The position numbers and the translations under genes are program-made. From positions 2,356,001-2,420,000 of the forward strand of contig JBLDXI010000019.1 of NCBI GenBank assembly GCA_047495785.1: a stretch of 64,000 bases of DNA. Direction: 5' to 3'. The notes below the pieces were generated by a model, which had not been told where the DNA came from, did not search any database, and saw nothing but the letters and a program-made list of their open reading frames with translations. The DNA is from Lepidodermella squamata. Lineage: Eukaryota > Animalia > Gastrotricha. Of this stretch, positions 35,681 through 50,019 are shown piece by piece. Each line of letters starts with the position of its first letter. Position 1 is the first letter of the stretch.

Positions 35681-38600
35681 ATGTCACTGCTGCGCAAGTT
35701 ATCATTCCGCCGGCCTGATAAGCCGGCGACCGGCGATGAAGACGGCGGCGGCGGCGGGCGGGCGCACGAGAAGCTGGCGCGCGGCGGCAGTTCCGGCTCC
35801 GGCTACGGCGTCATTCGCTATCACGACGCCGGCGAGGACGATGCGCTGTTTCTGTTCGGCAGCAATCGAAGTGCGACTTCGGCGGTGACGGCCACGTACC
35901 CGTATCCGCCGCCGCCGCGCAATCTAGCCGTGCCCGGGTCGTCGTCACCGGCTAACGCGGGCGGATTGTCGACTGTTGACGAGGCCGAGTCGACGCCGCG
36001 GCTTGGCAGCCACTCGAATTTAAGCTCTTCCTCGGTCGCCGCCATGCGCGCCGCCACGGCCGGCAGTGATAATGAGGCGTCGCCGGCGCCGCTCGCCAGC
36101 CGCCGCCCGCAGACCCTTCACATTCATAATCGGGTCTACCGGGAGCTGTCGCCCACAAAATCCGTCCCATATGTCTCTACAAACGGTACGCTATACAGTT
36201 TTTTACCGATAAATTTGAAAAAAAAACATTCTTCCAGACTATACTTACCCTGCTTGAATGTAACAAAAAATCGACATAGTTGCCGTACTTATAGCTCTTT
36301 AAATCCTGGTTTTTTAGGTGATGACCCCGAAGGATGATGTATGGATATAATTCTCTTTATCGATTTTTCATTTCAGCTATTTAACGCGTAAAAACTTCTG
36401 TCTGTCAAGCTATACATTTTTTAGACTTTGCCCTCGCTAAAACGTACACCTAATGCCATTACTTGTTCTCATATAACTATTAAGGTAATTTTTATTCTCA
36501 GTGGATGCTCGCACACATTTGTGCGGAAATTTATTAGGCTATTTATACCTTTTATTACACATCGAGAAGATGTCCTCATTTTTCCCCATTGACAGGTCGT
36601 CGCCATTTTCTATCTTTGATACTGAAATATTTTTCTCATAAATTTTGGCAATAAGTATTTTGTAAATTTAATATTGTTATAATATTTTCAGCTTTCAATT
36701 TTTGCGCGATTTTTCCTTTGCCAAGTACCACCACGCGTCGCAGAAATCAGCCGAAGAGAAGCACAAATTTAATATTTTGAAGCGCAGATTTTTTGCAACA
36801 AACTGTATTGTTGTTAGGCATTAGTGAAGTAGGTAAAATTCAGGCACCCGAATAGAAGTTTTCGGAATCAGGATGCGGCGTTCATTCAGAACTCAGAGAC
36901 ATCGTGACCGGGTAAACCGGGTAAAAACCGGGCGGAAGAGGTAAAAATAAAAATTGTTCATTTCGGTTTACATATTCGAATTTAGCGTAAGAAGGCTATG
37001 TCTTCCAGTTACTGTGAACTTTCAAGTTTTAGAGAAATAAGTAGTTTGTTGCAATTTGACCCTACTGCGAATTGGTTTATTTGTATTGCGCTGTGGTTTT
37101 AAGCGAATAATATTTTAAGCTTTCCTAACAAATTTAGTAATTTTTGTAACCACAACTATAGCTCTCTTTAATAATTTTGATAATTTTGATAATTTAGTAT
37201 TTATATTGAGCCCTTGAAAATGTTTCGCGGCGTGATCGCCTAATTTGCCGTTTTTGCAAATTTTGCGCGCGAAAATCAATTTTATAGACAATGATGAGCC
37301 TGATTTTGATATCCCCCTATGCGGCCTGCTTGGCGGCTCATGTTACGATTTATTGCTAACAATTTTCCATTAAAATCCCGTGGGACCAATAACGCTATCA
37401 GGATCATTTTAGCGAAGATCTATAACAGATTTGGTAATCAATCAATCAAGTACTCGACATTATAGCTGCTTGGTGCATCAATCTCTGGATAGTCATCTCA
37501 TATCACCCTTTTATTAGCAGACCAACAGGCGTAAGAAATACAATATAAGCGACCTCATGCAATAATTTTGCGGTTTAATAACAAACGATTCGCGGCATCT
37601 GCTTTGCCTCTTCAAACATTTTCAGAATCTTCCGTGGCTTAATAATCGCCATTTAACGAAATATATTCAACTGAAATATTTTTTATGCTAAATTTTCTTT
37701 CTTTAGCTGCGCCTAATAATTCTGGTTCGGACCCGAATTTGAGCGCCTCGACTTCGACTCAGCCTACTCCGAAATTAGTTCGAATCCCGACGCAACGACA
37801 ACAATACATGGGCAAACGACGCTCTTCGGCTCTGACGTCGCTCGTTGCCGGGCACGTGCAGGCCCAGGCGAAAGCTGGCCGAAGCGTACAAGGACAAGGA
37901 GGCGACTTATTCAAACAGGTAATTTCATTAAAATTTGAAAATCCGGAATTGATTAAATCCCTCCTTATTTGATTCTGGAGTATATTTGCGAGTGTCCTCC
38001 GTTCGTAGATAAAAATGTTGTATTGATGAAATTAGTAATAATATGGCGATGGAAATATTTTTTGCATTGCGATATAATGAAATTCGCGGAAAAATTCTAT
38101 TGATGTGGGATCTAATTGCTCCTCTAAATTATAGCCTATTCCCCGAACTGGCGTAATTGGATAAGATCGCCGAAAATTAGCCTATTGTCCACTTAATTTG
38201 AGCAATTGCCCGAAGCTTTTACCTCTTTATCAGTGGTCATTTTGCTATCAATATTGAAATTTTACAAAATCATAAAACGTCCATCTGCAATTTTTTGCAA
38301 ATTTTAATCCGGTAAAAGCTATTAATTGAGCTCGAAATCGGATAATGGCGGCAATGTACGTGACCATTCGCCGGGCCGTGCGAGAAAGGGTATGGATTTC
38401 ATAATATATAAATGTTACACTCTGCTACTGTACAAAATTTCCCAAGTTTCTCGCTGATTATTCATCGTTTTATCTCACTTGTTTACCAATATTTTGGGGT
38501 CAAATTCTCCCGGGGTAAAAACATTTCCCCGTGCCATAAAATTAATTGATTTGATGCCTATTTTATTGGAACAAGCCTTTTCCGGTTAGAATTCGTCAGC

Positions 38601-41600
38601 ATTTTCTTATATTTTTTAGCTAACGACCTAGATTTCTCTGCCGCATTATTTGAGGTGTATTTTATTGTTCGCGCACAAGAGCCCATTATTGCTGCAATAT
38701 TATAAAATCGCTCGAAGACACAATGATTATTGCTTTCTTGACGCAAAAGTTGTGTTTGTATTACGGCGGCGACAATATTTTATTGCAAGCAAAGAAATGG
38801 CAATAATTAACAAAGCTTTTCCTTTTTTGCTTTCTACACGCAGCGGTCAAGCAGTTATTGTGGCTGTGTGCTGCACCTGCACACGTGTAAAAACCGATTG
38901 ATTTTTCTTATGGGACGCTTTAGCATGTGTAGCTATAAATTGTTATTGCTTCTATGTACATATTGTGTGGACGCATTGTAGCCGGCCTCCCGTTGACATT
39001 AGTTTTATAGGGCCCCGGTGGTGGGAAAACACAGCAATTTGATTTCTACGCACAAATATGTTGATTTCCTTTGTATATAATAAATCACTAAATAAAAACC
39101 TCGCTTAGTAAGAAAAAATTTATTAAAAAATTTCCATATTTATCGATCAAGCAAATCGCGGAAAATTGACAGGTAATTAATCGTAATAAATATCAGAGTA
39201 ATTTTTTGAAAATTCCTCCTTAAAGTACTTAAAAATCAATTTTTAACGCTCGGCTAACCGCAATTTCGATCGCGAAAACTTCCGCAGTTGCGAATTTATT
39301 GAAGCATGGCAGATATGACGCGCGACATTTGCCTTATAATCGCGTTTTATTTCGAAACTTTTGCGTTCAAAAATGGCGGGCCAATATCGGCCCATGTCGC
39401 TTCGTGCGACCGCCACAGTTAACCCTGTGATAAGCGTGGATGAAATCAGCTGCGAGCCACCAGGCAAAACCCTACGACCTCTGGGTGCGACGACGTCGAA
39501 CCCGAGTTCGAACTCGGATGGCACACCGTACCGCGGCGGCATGTTGTACGTCGCGCCGTCTAGCTCGGGGAAATCCATAAAAATCTCGCGAACTTACTCG
39601 ACTCTTGGCTCGAATGAATCACTTCGGCAGAAGTCGATCGATCAGGCTAAACTCGATACATCAGCCCCTCAACGACCTCGGATGCTGAGCTCGACGAGCA
39701 GCACTAAGCTGACCACCCCAAGGCCGAGGAGTTTGATACTATCGAACTCGAATGTCACAATACCTGGGTCGATTTCACCCGGCTCGAGTGAGGTCATGAT
39801 AGCCTCGGTTCAAGAGCTGGCTAACAAGGCTACATCGACCTCATCGTCATCGACAACACCGTCGATCGCGAAGGAAATCTCGGGTTATTCATTCGGTCCC
39901 AGGGCGAGCATCGCCATAAACAGGCTTTTCGCACCGCCATCGCGTCCGCCCCAATTTAAGCGATCTTTAAGCATTAATGTACTTTAAAAATAATTATTTA
40001 AATTATTTGCAAGTTTCTTTTTTTAAATAACAAATAATCATAGAAATTAGAGATCTAAGTTAATACTTTTACCGATTACAATTTTCTTGTTTTGTTTCAG
40101 GTTGACAACCAGGGCGAATTCATGCTGAAAATCGTTCAAGCTCTAGCTGGGGTTCCGGCCAATCAGGTACGCGCCAAATTCTGAAAATTTCCTTATTTAT
40201 CCTGGCTTTGATCCTTCGAATTCGGAGAGCTAAAACCCGCATGTTATTTTTCATCTTGAAATTCCCTTGATTACCCTGCATCCCTTTTTTGTGCATGTAA
40301 AGCCTGTAGCGCCGCCTAGAAAATCGAGGTCTTTGCCTGTTAGCCTTAAATGGCTAGCTCTAACGGTATTTCGATACAAGTATTTTATGTCGAGACCCCT
40401 GAAATTCACTAAAAATTGCTTTGCACCCACCATCCCATTTTTGTGTTCTATCCTTCACTTGATCTAAATTTTATTGTGTGACTGATGTAATACCCTCAGC
40501 AGCAGACACCCTAGACACCCATGTTATCGATAGCGGGCGCTACCGCTACTTCATCACCGGCTTTCAGCCAACTCGCACACAAAAATCGGCATATAAAACG
40601 TTCACCGCCCCCGACACGAGTAAAACGAGTCAGTAGATGAAATTTCGGTTTACATTTCTGTTGTTGAGCATTCTTCGATATTCTCTGCTTTTAACGTAAA
40701 ACTATTTATATTTTCATGTAACTCGCATTTTTAATTTTTGGTGGAGGAGTTTGTGGGAAAATGGTGGCGACTGACCCCTCCGTTTTAATGAATCAGCCTA
40801 CACATTTGCATCACTCGTCGAATATCGGTCAAAGCGGCGCAAAATACCAATTTAATGTGGGTTAAGGTGGCTCTGTGCCGATCGAAAATTGGCGTTCATT
40901 CGCATGTTAATACAATGCTAAGCGCGAAATGGCGCTAAAAACGGACAGCCGTTGAGATGGCTATCATCATCGTCATCATCAGCTATGATGACTGGCCATC
41001 TCGGAGTTATTATTGTTATATTGTATATTATACTAAAGCAAGCAGGCGTTATTTATTATAATAATTGAAAACGGGCGGCATCAGTGTCGCGCGCCATCGT
41101 CAAAGTCAACTTATTATTATTATTGTTATTTTTGTTTTCCGCCTCATTTTATCCGCTCTTAGCTCGCGTTACAAAAGCGCGTGCGCGCCGCCCTATCGAT
41201 ATTATTGGCGCCGAAATGTGCGCGCAAAATGTGGAACCGATACTTCCGCTCCGTCACACTATTTTTACGCACACCAGTCAAGTAAAATGGGGGCGTTAGT
41301 TTGAATGTTGACGTATTTTAAGGCATATATCAAACTAACGAGCAATCCAAGGCGAGTCGAGAGATGTATGTCTCTAAGCACGTGTAAAAATTCCATTTTT
41401 CACTTGATTTCGTAGTTTTGGGTGCGCGCGGTCTCTATTGTTGCCGCTTATAATAACACGGGGCTGAAAATATAAAACACGCTAGTTGAGGGCGGCTTAT
41501 ATTCCTTCCCGTTGCCTCTCTGGACAAAAGCGGCGGCTAGTATTTATTTTGCTAGACTACAAAACCGATATAGAAATTCCTTCTCGCCACGCTTAGTTAA

Positions 41601-44600
41601 CCTTGCTAATACATCATGGCTGGCCATAACTTGCCCGTCGCCAGTTTATCATCACCAGCGAGGCGCGTCGACGAACAGCGCTTGATCGGGGCGCAGAATG
41701 TCAATTTTAAAGCCGGGGTTGACGACTCGGAATCCGCCTCGTTTTCGCCGATAAAAAGCTCGCTAACTGACGTTTTAGAGGACGAAGACCGGTTTTCGAA
41801 CTCACCACCGCCACCCGTTGTACCGAAGCCGTTGCCTCGCTTCAGTTTACCCGCCCGGGCACCACCCCCACCGAAGCCCGGCGGTTCGGCGACTGCGTTA
41901 TTAGCCGCCAGTTTAGCGCCTGGCCGCAACCCTAGTAACCTCATCAGCTCACAGCCCCAGCAGCAGCAACAGCGGACTAATTTCATACAAGTCAGTGTGA
42001 AAACAGATCCGCGCAAGGGCACGCAGAAGTTGGAGACGGTGGTTATGAACAGAGGTGTCTCGCTAGATTCACAAGAAACGGAGGTAAATGCGTTAACTTC
42101 TTCACACAAAGTTGCCGCTAATTTTCCCACAAATTCTACACCTTCTTGCTCTCAAATTCTCAACCGTGAAAATTCTGAAGGCACCGTGGATTCTTTTCAG
42201 TTTCTTCGACGCATGAATTTTTGATATTTGCAGCATAATTTGCTCTTTAAAAAAAATATCTTGTATTCAAGGAATTTTAAGGTAGATTTTGGCTCAAGTC
42301 ACCTATGAAGTTTATCATTTTTGGGGTGAAAAATTGAAAATTTCACAGGAAAAACAAATCATTGGTGCATTCATTGTTTTTTTACGGTCTATTTTCGGCT
42401 CCTATGATATCCAGTATAGTGTAAATCCCGCGAGGGTTCAGAGCTCCTCAGACTTCTAAATCTCGCATTATTATTCGATTTTATGGACTGGTAGGCGTAA
42501 TGCGTATCCCGTCTGAAGCCCGAAGCCGGCTTCTTAATGCGTATATTCAAAATTAGAACTAAAAAATGAAAAATTCCGAATACAAATTAAAAATAATTAT
42601 TTATGGGAAATTTCCAAAAAATTCGAAAACTTGATTAAATTTGTTTCGGTTATATATCTCTGCGGGGCTTAATATATACCGTAACGTAATAACCGTAACC
42701 GTAACGCGCAGTAATTAGGAAAAATTGCATGTTTTTTGAGGATTAAAAATTAAAAATTAGTCCCAACAATTTACAAAATAATGAGAATATTTCGTACTAA
42801 GACTTTACCTAAGGTTTATCCCGATACATCTGCAAATTTTGGAGATTTTTGGTAATTATTTAGGCGATTTAACTCATTCTTGCATAAAGCTGGACACTTA
42901 GAGGGTAATTTTATGCGAAGAACCGTACCGTTCGGCGAAGTGTCCCAAGTTAGCCCGCGCTGACGTATGGTTTAAGTTCAAATGAACTTTTATTTTGGCA
43001 TATAGTTGACGGTGTCCATTTTAGTCAATAGTTTTATCGTTTATTCTCAATTAAATATCGCAGTTATTTTCTCGGTTTTCTGCCTCATTGCGAATGCTCA
43101 ACTTTCGATTATGTATAATTTTCCAAGGCTATTTGTCGCACTGTTATTTGTAGTCTTTTTGTCCAATCCCCTAATTTATTTCACGGCTTTTTGTAAATAT
43201 ATTAATTTTTATGCGATATTTCCCAAATTTAAACTGAACTTTGAAAATGAAATTTTAAATTTCAGGGCAATAACGAATCTGAATCTGACGCGCGGAAGAA
43301 GGCGGCAGGCAGTCATGGCGGCCTGCCGCGCTTCATCATCCTGCACTACTCGCCGTTCAAGGCCGTGTGGGACTGGGTCGTGCTGCTGCTCGTCGTCTAC
43401 ACTGCCGTTTTCACGCCGTTCATGGCCGCTTTTCTCGTCACCGAGGAAGAGTCGCGCATGCGCCTCAACCAGGACGCAGTTTCGCGGCTTGAAAACGCAA
43501 AGCCTCAAACAACCGACCCGCTGGTACTCATCGATTTGCTGGTCGATGTTGTTTTCATCGCTGATATTATCATAAACTTTCGAACAACCTATGCTCACGA
43601 GGGCGATGTCATTACTGATCCGATGAAGATAGCTAACAATTATTTGGTAAGTTACGATTTAACTGGAAAAAATTGATCACTTTTGCCCTAATTTGAATTC
43701 TTAACCTTTCCATCCTCAACTTTATATACGATAAGTTTGTAAGTACAGATGAGATTTATACTTTCATATATAATCGTTTTTTGGTTTGTCAGCATCACGT
43801 CGATTGAAAGGAGAGAGGAGCGCGAAATGGAAAAAATATTAAATTTCAAAATAATTTCAAGATAAAAAATTAATCTGATATAAAATTTGAATTTTCAATA
43901 TATTTAAAAAGAGATCACTGCTCTAAAATTCGAGAAAAATATGATTCATACCAATACTGTCTAAAATAATCTGATTTCGTACCTCTTTATGTAGATTCTA
44001 GTTACTCCAGTGTCGTTATGGCAACTGTTATTTATAAATAACAGCGGGTTTTTGTTGTTTATAACAATAAAATATATATACTTGCTCGCGGATTGAAATT
44101 ACCTAATGTTTTTCTCCTACTAAGTTAGAGAGCCGATATAATGGGATTCTCAAAAGACGTTCGAAGTAAAATTTTCTGAAAAATTTATTTCGTCTCTGAA
44201 CATTTAAGAATCCAACTGAAGTGCCCCAGGTTACCCTGTCTCCTGAGTTACGGTACTCCCGCTTTTCCAGCTGAATTCAATCGCGGCTAGCTAATTAATC
44301 GCTCTTTAGAGAGCGGCTTTATAGCTTTTTATGTTGCAAAAATATTCGTAGGCGTGATAATAAAAGATAAGGTCACGTGACCATCGTAACTCGCAACTTA
44401 CTTTATGAGAAAAATAATAGTTGTCGAATTATTGGACTGGATTAAAAATTTTGAAATTTTGTAAAAAATTGAAATTAATTTCATCGCTCCTCTCTCTTTG
44501 CAAATAAACGTACACTGCTATTTTTTAAGCATGCTTGGGTAACAAAATATCACGTATAAAATATACATTAATTCACGTTTATGTTGTCATCGCAATAGCG

Positions 44601-47600
44601 TCACCCTGTCTCCGTAATTTTTACCGAAAAATGCTAAAATATTTGCAATTTTTCCGCTCACAGCATGGCTGGTTCATGATTGATTTAATCGCCGCCGTGC
44701 CGTTCGATCTCCTGCTATTCGGCACTGGAACCAGCGAGACGATGACAATAACTGGCGTGTTAAAAACTGCTAGGTTAATGCGCCTGCTCCGAGTCGCCAA
44801 AAAAATGGACCAGTACTCGGAGTACGGCGCTGTCATGCTGCTCATTCTTCTCGCGATTTTCGCCCTGGTCGCGCACTGGCTCGCCTGTTTCTTCTACGCG
44901 TTCGCCAACGCTGAGAGACCGCTGTTGAGTGAAAAAATAACATGGCTAGATCAACTGGCCGATAAAGAAGGGACGCCTTATTTGCCTAATGATACGCTTA
45001 GTGGGCCGTCTATAAAGGCCAAATATGTGACTGCTATGTATTTTACATTGACTGTTGTTACGACGACTGGCTTCGGAAACGTCGCGCCGAATACGAATCT
45101 CGAAAAGCTGTTCAGCATTGGAGCTATGATTATTGGATGTAAGGAATTTCCACTTCTAAAAAAAAATTAGGTTCTAGCTCACAAATTTTCCGATTTTTCA
45201 CGATTTCAAAATTGTTTTCGATGGTCCTTGATAGACAGCTAATATTGGGGAGAATGATTGATTTTTAAAATCGATATCGGATATCGATATCGGATCTGTA
45301 GACTGATTTAAAACTCGGAGACCACTTGATTGCTCTATAATATTCAATCTCATATTGATGAGAAAATTGAGATACTTAGGTTGAGGTGAAAATCGGGAAA
45401 CCTTTTCTTGGGACTATTTAGTCCTGGAGCCTCAAAGTTAGGGTTTAGGGTGTGCTATTAGGATTTTAAAAATGACGCCGAATTTTAAGATAATATATTT
45501 GGATTTCTTTCAACTAATTATGAAAATTCGAGAAACTTTTAGTGCGAATGAAAAATTGGATTCGGATTCCTGTGATAATACTTAACTATTAATTTCAAAA
45601 ATTGTTTGAAATTTCAGAATTTCAAAATTATTTTGAAGCAAATTTTAATTTTTTTTTTAATTTTTCCCAGTTCTTTATCATGTATTTGTTCGCATTTTTT
45701 AGCTTTGATGAGTGCCGCGATTTTTGGTAACGTTTCGTCGATTATGCTGCGTATGTACCAAGGCACGGAAGAGTACCAGGAGAAGCAAGTCAGCATCAAG
45801 GAGTTCATTAAATTTCACAAAATTCCTATCACTATGGGCGGTCGTTTACTCGAGTCATTCAACCACACGTGGCAAAATACTAGCGGCATGGACATGAACA
45901 GCGTAAGTTCAAATTCATTTACGTTATCATTACAGACAATATCTAAAAAATCTTCAAGATTCAGCTTCACTAAAAAGTTATTTTATCCAGAAAAAATCTC
46001 AGAATATTAATTTTGTGTACAACGAAAAATTAAAATTTGAAATTTGAATATTTAAATTGCTTCGAATTCAATTATAATTTTTTAAATAATTGTTTGTGGG
46101 TTTTAAAAGTTTTCCCGACTGTTTCTTTCCAGCTTCAACTTTCAGGAAAAAAATCAGAAATTCAGAAATTTGAAAATTTGAAAAACCTGAATTTCTGAAT
46201 TTTCAAATTCAATATAATGTTTTTTTGAAAAAAGTATATTGTTTTATGATTTTTTGTAGGTTCTAAAAGCCTTTCCCGACTGTTTACAAGCCGACGTTTG
46301 CCTCCACCTTAATCGAAACCTGCTAACCAACAACAACGCCTTCAAACACGCCAGCCCAGGGTGCCTAAGAGTTCTATCCAAGCTGTTCAAATCAACCCAC
46401 GCCCCACCTGGGGACACCCTGATACATCAAAGCGAACTTCTCACCGCAATTTACTTCATCGCGCGAGGGTCGATGGAAGTTCTGCGAAATGACGTAGTCA
46501 TGGCCGTTCTAGGCAGGGGCGATACTTTCGGCGATTCCATCGTCGATTTCGACCCGGCCCAGTTCGGAAAGTCAATGTACGCCGTTCGAGCGCTATCCTA
46601 CTGCGATTTGAACAAAATCGACCTGCAAGACCTGCAACAAGTCATGCAGGCTTATCCGGAATTTGCCGAAAAATTTGTCACCAAATTTCGATTGACTTTC
46701 AACCTTCGCACGGTAAGTTATAACGGTAGAAAAATTAGGAAAAAATCCGATCCGAACAATTCGAAATTTAGCGCTTGATTAATTATACACAGCTGATGAA
46801 AAGGATAGATTTTTCTTATGAACACAAACCAGCACTGCTTTTTCTGATAATTTTCAGGACGAAGAGTCGAACATTGAGGTAAAACATCCCAATTTAATTA
46901 GAAAAATAACAAAGGCTCTGGAGCATTTTGCCACAATTGATTAATTAACGCACAAAAATGTATATTTTGCCTGTTTGCACCTTGATTCAAGTAGAAAAAG
47001 CACCGATTTTCTCGACAATTCATCTGTTTAGCTTTTAGTGATTCTGACTGTATGAAATCTATCGAAAAATGCTCATTTATTTTTTCGTATTTTTCAGAGT
47101 GCGATGGCTCCTTTAAAAAATCCCAAAGCCATGGACGATGAGACGCTGAAATTTATCAAGCAAAAGAAGCCGGCGCTTCAATATTTGGGCGTAGTCGGCG
47201 GGGCGCAACCGGCGGGAAAATTGCGTGAAATTCAATCGGCGCTAACAAACATGGCGGCTAAACCAGGTCAGACTTGGGTTAATAAAATATTAAAATTTAA
47301 TTAATTCGGGTACAATTCTCAAAAAATCGAAAGGTCACCGGCGCCGTTTAAAAGCTTCGTAATTAATTTTCCTCTGGGAGTCTGATGGAATTATTACACG
47401 CAATTATTCTATTGATTTTCGAGCCTTTTGTGCGGTTTCATAAATTAGCCCTTTCAATAATAGCTTTATTCCAATTAATGACATGTGCGGGTAGCGAAAG
47501 GCCGCTTTTCAGTTTAATTTCGAACTGCTGTAATAAGGTGAACGGCTTGCGTTGAGTCAGAATTGATGAAAAGACTTGAAAAAGATTATTTTGAAGATGA

Positions 47601-49625
47601 ACTTGATATGAAAACAAGCTTTCATTGAAACCGGCTCCAGAAAAGATTTTCTAGCAAAAAAGTTGATTAGAAAATTAAGGGATGATAATATTTATTCATC
47701 GGTTACATATAGTTCTGATATCACCCATAATGCATTAAGACCTAAATCTCAGCATTCCGATTCAAGTTTCATTCTGTTTCTGTCAACTTGATCTCAACTT
47801 CATCAGGTCAAATCTAGTGATGCGCAAAGATAATTTGTTGTTGAAAAGATTAAATGGGCCAGTAAATCGTAATCGAGTCGAGTTAATCGCGATTTTTCGC
47901 CCACAGATCGATTAATCAAATCGGTGAAAATAAGGAAATTAAATGTGAAAATCAATCAGTCCATCAGCACCGATAATTGCGGAATAAGCAGTTTGCAGGT
48001 TTTAAAATTGAAATAACTAATATTTTAGTCGAATCATGTCAAAATATCAGGAATTGATTGAAATTTAAAAGGGATATAGTGAAATCATTGAATTCCGTAC
48101 CAACTTATTCCAATCACTTCCTGATACCTCGAGTCAGGTTGAAACATATTCAATATCGACTTCCAAGTCTGCCGATGGCGGGAAACGGAAAATCACTAAT
48201 TTGTAGAATCGATACTTGATATCGATATCGGCTTGGATGGCCAAAGTATAACTCAAGACCGGCTATTGACCAAAATGTGGTAAAATATAGATACAGCGGT
48301 TAGGCGTGACTATAAATAGTAAAATTCTAGAAAGGTGTGATACTGAAAACCACATTATAGAAAAGTTTACCGCTCATTGTCAAATATTGCGTTGGACCTT
48401 TATTTGCGATATTGAAATTATTTGAAAACTTGAAGACGTTGTGATGCACATTTTTGTTAATTATCGACTTTCCCATTTCAGAAATAAAGCCTACTGGTGG
48501 AATCGAGCGCATTGAAGAGGTCGACGAAGAGGCTCACATCGGCGGCTTGCGAGCAAGCGACGCCGCGTCCAGCTCAACGAAAGGCAGCAGAAGCCGAAGC
48601 ATTTCCAGCTTCATGAAGCGCAGGAAGAGCCAAAAATCGCCGAGCAAAAGCCCCGGCAAGGAGGGCGGCGACCAAACACCCGCGTTCAGCCACCTCGGCG
48701 AACAGTTGCGTCAGACGCTAGAATCTCGCCGGCAGAGCGTTGAGCAGAAATTAAAGGCGCAAAAATCGAGCGGCTCAGAAACGCCGGTTTCGACGTCGAT
48801 CGAGGTGTCAAGTTCTACTCAGGTCTTGCAGCAGGAGCCGCAAACTCTATCCAGACCGCCAGCACCAGGCGGGGGGTACCGGGGTCAGAGGAAGATGTCG
48901 GATTCGTCGCCGCAACAACGGCGAAGGTCGTCGAGGTATTCGTCGCATAAGCAACCGGGCGATGCGGCGGATCCGACGAAGGCGCTGTCGCCGGATAGCC
49001 TAGTGCCGCGCGACCTTGTGCCAGCTAGTCCGACTTCGTACCCTGCGAGCAGTTTTGGCGGCACGCCGCAGAGGCGAATCATTTTACCGCCGCAGATATT
49101 GCCGGCTTTGTTAGCTCAAGAACGCATGCAGGAGCACATCAATGAACAGCTCAATGATTTAGAATCGTAAGTTTTTTCCCTATCTTCATGGTATCGGTAA
49201 AATCACTGATTTTTGTAAAATCGATACTTGAAATCGATATCGATCGATTTTTCGAAATTAGAATTTTATATTCAAATTCTCAAACAAATTTATCGGTAAA
49301 ATCACTGATTTTTAAAATCGATACTTGGAATCGATTGATATCGATCGATTCTTCAAAATTCGATTTCAAAATTTTTCATCTCTATTTTTGGACATTTTAC
49401 ATTCATTTATGTTTGCATTGCAGGCGCCTTGGTCAATTCGAAGACAATGTCAGTAAAACTGTAAGTGAGATTTTCGCACTTCTGGGCCTTCCGCAGCAGT
49501 GCCGCATGACTGGGCAAGCGATACCTGAAACAGCGATTCTCGATCAACCTCCGCCGCCTACCTCATCACGCCAAACAACGTCCACTTTCGTAAAATCGCC
49601 GTCTCTACAGCACACGACTGTTTAG
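35681..49625 (+). CDS. erg: ERG-subfamily (KCNH2/6/7-like) voltage-gated K+ channel with no visible PAS domain. Exons: 35681-36185, 37707-37918, 40101-40166, 43266-43646, 44664-45138, 45703-45902, 46260-46712, 46858-46878, 47098-47266, 48482-49166, 49424-49625
   Basis: [13 protein letters not shown]; [10 protein letters not shown]; S4 [23 protein letters not shown]; HWLAC; filter [12 protein letters not shown]; C-linker [19 protein letters not shown]; CNBH domain VRALSYCDL. All junctions are GT-AG and frame-compatible. The N-terminal exons are less certain. Confidence 0.93.
39373..39978 (+). CDS. Candidate alternative first exon B of the ERG channel (202 aa, Ser/Pro-rich)
   Basis: ATG in AAAATGG context. 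The ORF ends AAT|GTACTT in phase 0, compatible with the exon at 40101. Confidence 0.65.
41616..42083 (+). CDS. Candidate alternative first exon C of the ERG channel (156 aa, Pro-rich)
   Basis: ATG in ATCATGG context. Donor GAG|GTAAAT in phase 0, compatible with the exon at 43266. Confidence 0.7.
49192..49360 (+). repeat. Two tandem copies of a dispersed ATCGAT-rich repeat
   Basis: tatcggtaaaatcactgatttt..aaaatcgatactt.gaatcgat occurs at ~49192 and ~49291. Related copies lie at ~7225, ~45255 and ~48185, and in reverse at ~1850 and ~4590-4705. Confidence 0.75.
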
Positions 49626-50019
49626 TTATTTATTGATCAATTCATTTTTATTAAGCCATTTTGTGTTTGTCTCATGCTTGCTTAGCGTTATTTGTTGTTG
49701 AAAAGTATATAAAACAGCTTAATGAAAAATTTATGTGCCGTTGATATGGACAGGTAATAAAAGTCAATGAGTTCACTTTCAAGGCATATGTTTTTGCTGC
49801 CCACGGTCGAGCGTGCAAATATCCAGGCTCATATCATTCATTCACAAATATTTTGATCTAAAAAATGCGAAGGAGGGGGATTTCCAGGTCATGCGTTGTT
49901 TTGCTGCTCAAAGTGACTAGGGGCTCGAAAGAGTGCCACCTTCACAAGAGATTAAAAAAACGGACGAAAAGTGAATATAACAGCCAACAAGGTGGACTAA
50001 CGGGCGTATTTTCGAAAAC

